Source: Cyanophora paradoxa CCMP329
Lineage: Eukaryota; Plantae; Glaucophyta
Reading direction: 5' to 3'
Length of the DNA: 64,000 nucleotides
Assembly: GCA_004431415.1 (NCBI GenBank)
Contig: QPMI01000167.1
Location: 124,001-188,000 of the forward strand
Part shown: in pieces, positions 11,833 to 21,941 of the stretch
How positions within the stretch are numbered: position 1 is the stretch's first letter
Layout: each line of letters opens with the position of its first letter
Made by a program: the position numbers and the translations under genes
The notes under the pieces: model-generated
The model's database searches: none
What the model saw: the letters and a program-made list of their open reading frames with translations, nothing else
Told to the model about the DNA's origin: nothing

Positions 11833-12266
11833 CCGCGGGGGCCCCGCTGCCGCCGGCCGCGCGGTGCCGGGCCGCGTGGTGCCGGGCGGCAGCACGCGCT
11901 CGAGGAGGCTCGCGGGAACAACCCCGGAGGCGGCGCGCGGCTGCCCGGCCGCTGTCGCCGGGCGCTTGGCGCTGCCGGGGCGCGCCTTTGCGCTCTTCCC
12001 TGTCGAGGGGCGGCTCCCGCCGAGGAGCGGGCTGTAGGGCCTCTCCGCCGTGCTCATCGCCGCCGTCATGGGGCGCTCGCGGGGCGCGCTGAGCGGACGA
12101 CTGCGGGCCGCCTTGGGCGCCACAGTCGTGTATGCCGCCGCGCCGGCGCCGGCGGCGGATGCTGTTTGCGGTGTCAGACGCCGCACGGAAAAGGTCGAGC
12201 AACAGCAGGGGCGGACAGGGTCGGGGGGTGCGGGAGGCGCTCCGGGGCCGCTTCTCCGCGCTGCAG
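11833..12266 (-). repeat. ~430-bp duplicated internal fragment of the CCDC81-like gene (source ~14842-15260)
   Basis: Near-identical sequence encoding MTAAMSTAERPYSPLLGGSRPSTGK..; the copy carries a 15-nt internal duplication and at least one substitution. Confidence 0.9.
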
Positions 12267-12835
12267 TGGATCTACCCGTTGGTGGACTGCGCCTCGTGCC
12301 GTTGCGGGCGCATGTTTCTGTCTGCAGCCTGCATGTTTCTCGAAGTACATGGATGCTCATCAGCGTGCGCCACTGTGCAAGTGTGCATCAGTGGCCACAA
12401 TGAAACCCAATACACGCATGCGCATGCGCACCCGACGGTTTCGGCGGAGCTGGGGCGTAGGAGACGGCCGCGCCGGCGGGCATGCTTTGGCGAGGGCTGG
12501 GTGCTATCTCTGGCGCCACCGCGCTCGCCATCAACTGGTATGGTGCAGCGCTAGCCGCCGCGCCGCCGCGCGCAAGCTAGCGCTCCGACCAACGCGGGCT
12601 GTTTCTGCACTGCGTTACTGCGGTTACTGCGTTACTGCGGAGCGGCCGGATCGGAGCCTCGCGGAGGACCGCGAGTCCGCACTGCGGCAAGGCAATTCAT
12701 CACGGCATTGCAGCCTGTTGTCGTCTTTAGACCGTGTGTACATTCTTTCTGCAGTCTCAAGCTGTCAAGGCGCGTGCGCTGGAGGCGCTTGCGAGGCCCT
12801 GAGGAGCGAGTGGAGCGTGTTCAGGCGCGGTGGCC

Positions 12836-15800
12836 CTAGGCGACGAGCGGGGTGCGGGGCCGGGCGGTGTGGTAGCCCGTGGGGAGACGCCCGTGGCAGC
12901 GGATGCAGCACGGGCACTCCTCCCCCGCCTCCTCCCCCACGCCGCCCGCGATGGCCGCCGCACCGCTCGACGCCTGCGCCGGGGTGAGCGGGGCCGGCGG
13001 GCGCGGGGGCGGGGCGGGTGCGGGGCGCCTCGGAGGGGTCGGCGTCGGCGCGGGCCTCGAGGAGAGCGCGGCCGGCGCGCTCCGCCACCTGCAGGTCCAG
13101 CGCCCGCCGCAGCGCCGCCCGCCGCTCCGCCGCCGCCCGCCTCCTCCGCACGCTCCCGCTCCATCCTGCCGCCGTCTTGCCCCGGACACGCCGGCGGGCG
13201 GCGGGGCGCGCACGCGAGGGCGGCGCGGTGGGCGGCGGCGGCGGCCTCCTCGCGCTCCCGCCGGCCCCGCTCCGCGCGCTCGGCGGCCAGCATCTCGAGC
13301 TCCCGCCTGCCGCCCCGCTCGGCCCCGCCGCCGCCGACGCGGCGCAGATCGTCGCGGGGCGCACCGCCGGGCGGCGTTGAACTCCGAGGCGGAGCGGGCG
13401 CGCTCGGCGGCGGCGGCGAGGCGCTCCGGGTCGAGCTCCTCTCCGACCTGCCGGCCCCGTGAGCTCCGCACGCGCCCGCCCCGCGCCCCGCCGCCCCGCA
13501 CCGCCAGCGAGGCCGCGCTCGCCTCATGCTCGCCCCGGCCCGCGTCGCCCGCCGCGCTGCGATCGCCGCCGCCCGCTCCGCTGCGAGCGCCGCGGCGCGG
13601 GCCTCCCGCGCGCGGGCTTCCTCCTCGAGCCTGCGGCGCCGCGTCGGAGGCCACACCGCAGAGGATGCGCGGGCCACGCACTGCTGTCGGACGCGCGCTG
13701 CGACCGCCGCGTCCGCCTCGCGCTCCGTCCGCGCCCGCGCCTCGGCGTCGGCCTGAGATTGGGCGTCAGGAGGGGAGGGAGGTGGCGGGGCGTGGGGCGC
13801 GGGGGCGACCTTGCGGGCGGCAGCGGCGGCGAGCTGCTCGCGCATGAGGCGGGAGGCCTCGGCGCGGCGCGCCGCGCTGCCCGTCTCCAGGCCCTCCACC
13901 CCGGGCAGGCTCGTCCCACCCGCCTCCTTAGCCTCGCCCCGCCTCTTTTCCTCCACCTGCTTCGCCCTCAGCCCTCGCCTCGGGCGGCGCGGCGCAGCGG
14001 CGCGCCTGTGCGGCAAGGGCGCCCGCGACGGCGCGCTGCTGTGCCACTTTCTCCTCCCGCCGCCGCCGCTCCTCCTCCGCCAGCCTGCGCCGCCTCAGCG
14101 GGATCCGGCGGAGGGGAATGGCGGGGTGGGCGGACGCTGCGGCGGCGCGGCGCGTGGATTCCACCTCGAGGCGGCGGGCCTCTTCGGCGGCCCGCTGCGC
14201 CTCCTGCTTCAGCGTGAGCTGGTGGTCCAGATCCAGCTTGAGCTCCGACGCCGTTCGCGGCCGCGCCTGTGCCGCCGCCGCCGCCGCCGCCGTGCCCGAC
14301 AGCTGCTCGTGCGCCGCAGCCGCCTGCGCGGGGCGGCGGGTCGGAGGGGGGTGGGGAGGGGCGGAGGGCGGGACGGACGGCGGCGTCCTCGCGGCGGCCT
14401 CGAGCTCGCGCTCGCGGCGCTGGCGGCCGCCTCCTCGTTCATCCCGTCCACCGCCCGCCGCCTCTCCCGCGCCCGCGCCCGCGCATCCTGCACCCCGTCA
14501 CCGCACGGCCCGCCGGCAGAGAGCGGGGGGACGCACGCGGGCCTGCTCGAGGGCGGCACGGTCCGAGAGGCGGACGCTGGAGGCCTCGGTGGCGCGGGCC
14601 TCGGCGGAGAGGCGGCGGCGCTCGGCGGCGGCGGCGAGCTGCGCGGCCCGCTCGCGGCAGACGTCGCACACGACGTCCATCGCCCCGCCGCCCCGCGCCC
14701 CGCACGGCCCGCACGCCTCCGCGGTCTCCCCAACGCCTCCCCCGCCGGCGAGGGCGATCGTCGCGGGCGCCGACGCCGGCGGCTCGACCTCCAGGCTCGA
14801 CCCCGTCGCGTCCAGCGTCGCCTCCGCCGCCTCCACCTCCGCCGCGGGGGCCCCGCTGCCGCCGGCCGCGCGGTGCCGGGCGGCAGCACGCGCTCGAGGA
14901 GGCTCGCGGGAACGACCCCGGAGGCGGCGCGCGGCTGCCCGGCCGCTGTCGCCGGGCGCTTGGCGCTGCCGGGGCGCGCCTTTGCGCTCTTCCCTGTCGA
15001 GGGGCGGCTCCCGCCGAGGAGCGGGCTGTAGGGCCTCTCCGCCGTGCTCATCGCCGCCGTCATGGGGCGCTCGCGGGGCGCGCTGAGCGGACGACTGCGG
15101 GCCGCCTTGGGCGCCACAGTCGTGTATGCCGCCGCGCCGGCGCCGGCGGCGGATGCTGTTTGCGGTGTCAGACGCCGCACGGAAAAGGTCGAGCAACAGC
15201 AGGGGCGGACAGGGTCGGGGGGTGCGGGAGGCGCTCCGGGGCCGCTTCTCCGCGCTGCAGGGGAGTAAGACGCGGGGGGGGGGGGGGGGGGGGGAACGGG
15301 GGCAGGCAGAGGGCGGACGAGGGCGGGGAGGCCTTGGTGACGGTGGAGGGGTGCCCCGCGGTGCTCGCCGCCGTCGATGGCCGCCTCGGCGTCCGCGTCG
15401 GCGAGAGGGCCTGCGCCCGCTCCTCAGCCGCCACACGCCGTGAAGAGGAGGCCGGCGGGGAGCACCCGTGCGCTCTGCTCCGAGTGCTGCGCCAGCCGGC
15501 GCATGAAGTCGGGGCTGAACCGCACGAAGGGCTGCTTCCCCCGTGTGTACTTGAACTGCCCGAAGCTGCCCCGCGCAAACTGAGAACAACATCGCGGCGG
15601 GCATTTCAGGGGGCAATACCCGAGCTCTATTAGACACGGCCGTTCGTCCCGGCATGCGTCTCCGATGTGGGTGAGCAGGTCTCGAATGATTGCGGCGCAC
15701 TCGTCTTTGGTGACACAAGCGGCTTCGCCAATGAGCTGCCAAGATCGCGTGAGACATCGCCCGGAAGTGGACAGGAGGCTGGCGCACCGAGTAGTTAGGC

Positions 15801-16300
15801 AGCACGGCTGGGGTCACGCCAGATGCCAGTGCCTTTCTATCCACGCGAAGGTTGTTCGCCCGGGCAAAGCGTTCAGAAAGAGCGAAGACAGGGATACGGC
15901 TAATGAGGGGCGATCTACGCCCCCGGGTCAGATCAGTCTGTGCTTAGAGGAGTAATTGACTGATTCTGGCCGATCGATGGCGGACCCATTCAGGCTCATC
16001 TCTGTGATCTGCTGGAATCCAAAGAGGCCGAACGATGGCAGATTGACACCCTGTGGGTGGGGGGCGCGCAACTTCTTCAGCACGAGGACGGAGCGCAATG
16101 TTAGGGCTATGAGCATCCGCACGCGTCCAAGCGTCAGGGATTTGGCGATGTGGGCGCAAAGCTGCTCGAAGACGCGTTTGACCTTCGAGCGGGCGTCAGC
16201 AGCTACGATATCGCATGTAAAAGCAACCTGCCTTCTCCTTGCTGCTCTCCTTTCTCCGCTCGGCCGCCTCGGCGGCGAGCAGGTCGGCATTCAAAAGCAT
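12836..16300 (-). CDS. CCDC81-like protein (two HU-CCDC81 domains plus coiled coil)
   Basis: VKRVFEQLCAHIAKSLTLGR|GVNLPSFGLFGF..RPVFALSERFAR..PAVLPNYS..FGQFKYTRGKQPFVRFSPDF resembles the CCDC81 N-terminus as I recall it (GVQIPAFGTFTF..RPVF..F.KDF), followed by an E/R/A-rich coiled coil. Confidence 0.7.
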
Positions 16301-16595
16301 GGCGGTTCCGGTTGGTGGTATTTCCTGACTGATTGAGCTGGCTAGCTAGCTGGTTTACAACGGGCGGTGTCCTCCGCGCGGGCCGCTCCGGGATCCTGAC
16401 GTGCTGGTGGCGCCTGGCTTTTTGAAAAACCAAGACGACGTACCCAGAAGCACGGGGTACACACTAGACAACCTTGCGCGGCCCTTTCGCGCTTTCCGCG
16501 CTTCCTGCCCAGGCCCTTCCGCGCTTTCACGACAGGGACATGGAGGTGTACGTCCTTTCGAGGCTTCTCGCGGCGTGCCAAGGTGCGATCGCGAC

Positions 16596-17057
16596 TTAAG
16601 CGGCGCAGATAAGGTATGGGTTGGACCCGGGACGGGGTTGGAAGCGCAGTTCTGATTGACTTCTCGGCTCTCCTGTGCCCTGGGTCTTGTCACGCTGCGG
16701 ATACTATCAACAGCTCGCAACGTTTTGACGGGCTCGCGCCAGTCGCGTCCCGGCGCTTTTGCGAGTTGGACATTTCCTTCCCCTTCTGCCTCCTCATTCC
16801 TTACTGAGTTATCGTACGATCGCGACCCGGGCTGTGGCGGCCGTACAATCACTTACAAGTTAAGCGGCGCAGATAAGGTATGGATTGGACGGGGTTGTAA
16901 GCGCAGTTCTGATTGACTTCTCGGCTCTCCTGTGCCCTGGGTCTTGTCACGCTGCGGATATTATCAACAGCTCGCAACGTTTTGACGGGCTCGCGCCAGT
17001 CGCGTCCCGGCGCTTTTGCGAGTTGGACATTTCCTTCCCCCCTCTGCCTCCTCATTC
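16596..17057. repeat. Tandem ~200-bp duplication (16596-16799 and 16860-17057)
   Basis: Near-identical copies from ttaagcggcgcagataaggtatgg to ctgcctcctcattc, separated by a 60-bp spacer. Confidence 0.92.
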
Positions 17058-17483
17058 GTTATCATGCATTTGAGAATCTCTTCCTCCGTTCTGTTAGCTG
17101 TGCCATCCACTTTTCCGACTCGCTCGCCTCTTCGGCTTGTATTATCAGGTTCTAGCCCTTCGCTAGGCCCTCGGCGTCTACTCCCTTATTAAGCCATGCC
17201 CTCTGCATGGGCCAGCCCTCTGCATGGGCCTGTCGAGTTTAAGATGCAGGATTTGGTGGTAGATCAGGTTATTTATGACCTCGCTGCACGATTTGTATGG
17301 CGCAAAATTTGTATGGCGGGACCTTAAGACAACCTTGCGAGGTCACCAAGGGCGTTCAATTGCAAGGTCCCTTGTCAAGTTGAGGAGGGGTACCAAGGCC
17401 AAACCCTACCGCAGAACGGATAGCTGCAGGGCCTGCAGCTCAAGCCGCCCAGAGAAGATATATTGACGTTGACGAACTGGCAA

Positions 17484-20400
17484 CTAGAGCTTGGTGCCGC
17501 ATTCGCCACAGAACTTGGCAGCGGGTGCGAGGGGCGCTCTGCAGCCGCCGCAGACCCGGGAGTCGGCGCCTTCCTTGGGCTTGCAGGACTGAGATCGAAT
17601 TCGAAGAGGCGCCGTGTGAGCAGGCGCCGGCGGCCCGTGGCGGCAGCGGGGAGGAGGGCGCGGCGGCTCGCCTTGAGGTGGACGAGGAGGCGGTCGGGGG
17701 GGTTGAAGGAGCGGGCGCAGTTGGGGCAGCGCGGGAGGCTCCCCTCGAAGACCCGCCCCGCCTCCGCGTTGTACGCCTCCAGCTCCTCCTGCCCCGCCCC
17801 TGCCCCCGGCACCTGCCCCGCCCCTCAGCCGCCGGCCCCGGCCCCGTCCCCCGCCCTCCCCCCGCACCGGGCGCCCCGGCGGGTCGGGGAGCGCGCTGCG
17901 CGGTGCCGCCTCAGCGCTGGCGGGCCCGTCGGCGCGGCGCAGACGCGGGCGCACGTCTTGAGGGCGTACTCGAGCGACGCCTGCTCCTGCCCGGGCGTCG
18001 GCCCCGCGCCCCGCGCCCCGCGCCCCGCCCCATCCGCCCCGGCCCGCCCGCACCCCCTCCCCGCCTACCTTCTCGCGCTTGGCGATGCACTGGCGGGGGG
18101 CGTGAGGTGCGCGGGGCGGGGTGGGCGGCGGGGCGCAGGCGCCTGGGCGTGTGAATGGCGATCGAGCTGGTGCCGAAGCCGCGCCCGCAGACGTAGCTGC
18201 CGGCGCTGGGTTGGCGGCGCCGCGGCGGCCGCCCGCGCCGCGCCGCACCAGGTGACCGTCTTGGGCGCCTTGGCGGCCAGGCCCGGCGAGGCGCCCCCGA
18301 GGCGGCGCTGGGGGCCCCGGCGAGGCCGCCGGCCGCCCCCGCCCCAGCCCCCTCGGGGGCCTTGGCCTTGCAGGACTTCAGGTGCGGGTCCAGGCTCCCC
18401 TGCGCGCCGCCCCTCGGCCGGCCGCCCCCGGGGCGCCGCGCGGGGCGCACCGGGTTGAAGGTGCGCCCGCAGTTGGGGCACGGCACGAGGGCGCCGTTGT
18501 ACTGCCGCCCCCGTCACCGGCGCCGCAAACGAACCGCGACGGGGCGAAGCGGAACCGATTGGAAGGCGGCGTCGTTGTAGGCTGCCGCGGCCGCGGTCAT
18601 GGCGGGCGGCAGGAACACGGACGGGGCGCGAGGCGGATGGCGCCCGGGGCGACTGACCTTGGAAGTCCTCCGCGCGGGCCCCGGGGCCCGGCAGCGGCAG
18701 CGCCGGCGGGGCCGGCGCCGGTGTGCGCAGGCGCGGCTCGAGCTGGGGCGGGTGAGGGCCGGGGGCGGGGGGGGCGGGGCGGGCGGACGAGCTCCTGCTC
18801 CTTCTCGCGCTTCTTGAGGCACTGGGGCGTGTGGATCCCGATCGAGGAGCTCCCGAACTGCTTCCCGCAGAGGTAGCTGCCCCGGCGCGTCACCGCCGGC
18901 ATCCCGCGCAGCCGCTGGCCCCGCGCGGCGCGCACCAGACGATGGTCCGCGGCGCCTTCTCGAACGCCGCGCCCGCCGCGCCCGACCCGCCGGCCCCGCC
19001 GGCCCCGCCCGAGGCGCCCCCGAGCGGCGGCCCGCCGGCCGCCTCTTTCGGCTTGCAGGAGCGGAGGTGGACCTCGAGCCGGTCCTGCGCGCGCCGAGGG
19101 TGACTTGTGCCCGGGGCGCGCTGCGCTGGCGGCGCGCCGGTTGGAAGGTCCGGCGGCAGTTGGGGCAGGCGGCGAGAGAGGAGCGATTGAAGATCTGCAG
19201 GGACGCTTCGCCGACACGACCAGGCTCAAAATAGCTTGACCAGGCACCTCGAGGGATGCTTCGTTGTACGCCTTCAGGTCCCCTGCCGGCGTCCGCTCGT
19301 GCGGCAGCGCGATCGCCGGCGGCTGCACGACCCGTCGGGCGCGCGCCGGGCGGGGAAGAGAGGGGGTGGGGGGCGGCACGGCGGGGGCCGGGGAGCGGAG
19401 GTGCGGCTCGAGCTTGTCCTGCTCGGCCTCGCGCTTCTTGGCGCACTGGGGCATGTGGATGGCGATCGAGCTCGTCCCGAACGACCGCCCGCACAGGTAG
19501 CTGCCGCCCCGCTCGGCCCTTGCCGCTTCCACTCCCCGCCCCCGCGCCCCGCGCCCCGGCCCCACGCGCACCACGCCACCGTGCGAGGGCCATCTCCTCC
19601 GCCAGCCCCCGCAACCCCTCCGCCAGCACTCGACCCCGCCGACGGCGCCGCGGGAAGAGCGGGGGCGCCCTGCGGGACGTAAGAAAGAGCGTCGACGCGA
19701 AAAAAGAGTTCTGCAGCCGCCGCAGACCCGGGAGTCGGCGCCTTCCTTGGGCTTGCAGGACTGAGATCGAATTCGAAGAGGCGCCGTGTGAGCAGGCGCC
19801 GGCGGCCCGTGGCGGCAGCGGGGAGGAGGGCGCGGCGGCTCGCCTTGAGGTGGACGAGGAGGCGGTCGGGGGGTTGAAGGAGCGGGCGCAGTTGGGGCAG
19901 CGCGGGAGGCTCCCCTCGAAGACCCGCCCCGCCTCCGCGTTGTACGCCTCCAGCTCCTCCTGCCCGCCCCTGCCCCGGCACCTGCCCGCCCCTCAGCCGC
20001 CGGCCCGGCCCGTCCCCGCCCTCCCCCGCACCGGGCGCCCGGCGGGTCGGGGAGCGCGCTGCGCGGTGCCGCCTCAGCGCTGGCGGCCCGTCGGCGCGGC
20101 GCAGACGCGGGCGCACGTCTTGAGGGCGTACTCGAGCGACGCCTGCTCCTGCCGGGCGTCGGCCCGCGCCCCGCGCCCCGCGCCCCGCGCCCCGCGCCCC
20201 GCCCCATCCGCCCCGGCCCCGCCCCGCACCCCTCCCGCCTACCTTCTCGCGCTTGGCGATGCACTGGCGGGGGCGTGAGGTGCGCGGGCGGAGCGGGGCG
20301 GCGGGGCGCAGGCGCCTGGGGCGTGTGAATGGCGATCGAGCTGGTGCCGAAGCCGCGCCCGCAGACGTAGCTGCCGGCGCTGGGTTGGCGGCGCCGCGGC

Positions 20401-21941
20401 GGCCGCCCGCGTCGCGCCGCACCAGGTGACCGTCTTGGGCGCCTTGGCGGCCAGGCCGGCGAGGCGCCCCCGAGGCGGCGCTGGGGCCCCGGCGAGGCCG
20501 CCAGCCGCCCCGCCCCGCCCCTCGGGGGCCTTGGCCTTGCAGGACTTCAGGTGCGGGTCCAGGCTCCCCTGCGCGCCGCCCCTCGGCCGGCCGCCCCCGG
20601 GGCGCCGCGCGGGGCGCACCGGGTTGAAGGTGCGCCCGCAGTTGGGGCACGGCACGAGGGCGCCGTTGTACTGCCGCCCCCGTCACCGGCGCCGCAAACG
20701 AACCGCGACGGGGCGAAGCGGAACCGATTGGAAGGCGGCGTCGTTGTAGGCTGCCGCGGCCGCGGTCATGGCGGGCGGCAGGAACACGGACGGGGCGCGA
20801 GGCGGATGGCGCCCGGGGCGACTGACCTTGGAAGTCCTCCGCGCGGGCCCGGGGCCCGGCAGCGGCAGCGCCGGCGGGGCCGGCGCCGGTGTGCGCAGGC
20901 GCGGCTCGAGCTGGGGCGGGTGAGGGCCGGGGCGGGGGGGGGGCGGGGCGGGCGGACGAGCTCCTGCTCCTTCTCGCGCTTCTTGAGGCACTGGGGCGTG
21001 TGGATCCCGATCGAGGAGCTCCCGAACTGCTTCCCGCAGAGGTAGCTGCCCCGGCGCGTCACCGCCGGCATCCCGCGCAGCCGCTGGCTCCGCGCGGCGC
21101 GCACCAGACGATGGTCCGCGGCGCTTCTCGAACGCCGCGCCCGCCGCGCCCGACCCGCCGGCCCCGCCGGCCCCGCCCGAGGCGCCCCCGAGCGGCGGCC
21201 CGCCGGCCGCCTCTTTCGGCTTGCATGACTTGAGGTGTGGTTTTAGGCTCTCCTGCAGGGAGAAGATCGCTGCGTCGGCCCCCCGGCCGCGGTGGCGCTG
21301 TCTGCGGGCGCGCACGGGGTTGAAGGTTCGGCCGCAATTCTGGCACGCGGCAAGAGCCCCGTTGAATGCTTGGAATGCTTCGTCATTATACTGCTGGAAG
21401 TCCTCGGGCCGCGCCTCTGGGCCTGGCATCGGTACGCGCGGCGGCGCCGGCACTGGCGTCCGCAGGGCCGGCTCAAGCTGTTCGACGCCTCTTAGCTCGT
21501 GCGGACGAAAGCAGATTGGCTACCGACCTGCGCTTGCTCCTGCTCCCGCTTCTTGAGGCACTGCGCAATGGTCGGAACAGGAGCGCGCCTGTGGCTGATG
21601 AATGAACGGGATTGTGGAACAGGGGCGCGCCTGTGGCTGATGAATGTTAATGGAAGAGCTGCCGAACTGCTTTCCGCAAATGTAGCTGCGGCGGCGCGTT
21701 ACCTGCGGCATCCCGGAAGCACGAGCGAGCGAATGACATGCCAAACTATCGTACGCGGGCCATTCGGCGCAGGGCTCGAAGACCCGCTTCCCGCAGGCGA
21801 TGGCCGAGCTTTCGTGGGGCTCTTTCCTCCCGGTCCAGCTGCAGCCCCGCCACTCGCATCCCGCGGCGCACCGCACCCCGCACAAAACTTCGCGGTAGCT
21901 GCAAGCGTGGCGCCGCACGCTGTGCAAAACTTGCCCGTCAT
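17484..21941 (-). CDS. Multi zf-C2HC_2 (ZNF474/ZC2HC1-type) zinc-finger protein with terminal double zinc ribbons
   Basis: Repeated CY(I/L/V)CG(K/R).FG(S/T)SSI.IH.PQC and CPNC.R(T/S)F.P..L..HL.SC modules; N-terminal FCTACG..KFCAGCG and C-terminal VCGGCR..KFCGECGTKL. Confidence 0.8.
17538..21225. repeat. Intragenic ~1.5-kb direct duplication (17538-19057 and 19710-21225)
   Basis: Copies include introns and differ mostly by homopolymer-length indels. Confidence 0.9.

Noticed and set aside
16596-17057. CRISPR array or LTR pair
   Set aside because: Only two long copies with no repeat-spacer periodicity; no TG..CA ends, primer-binding site or internal ORF.
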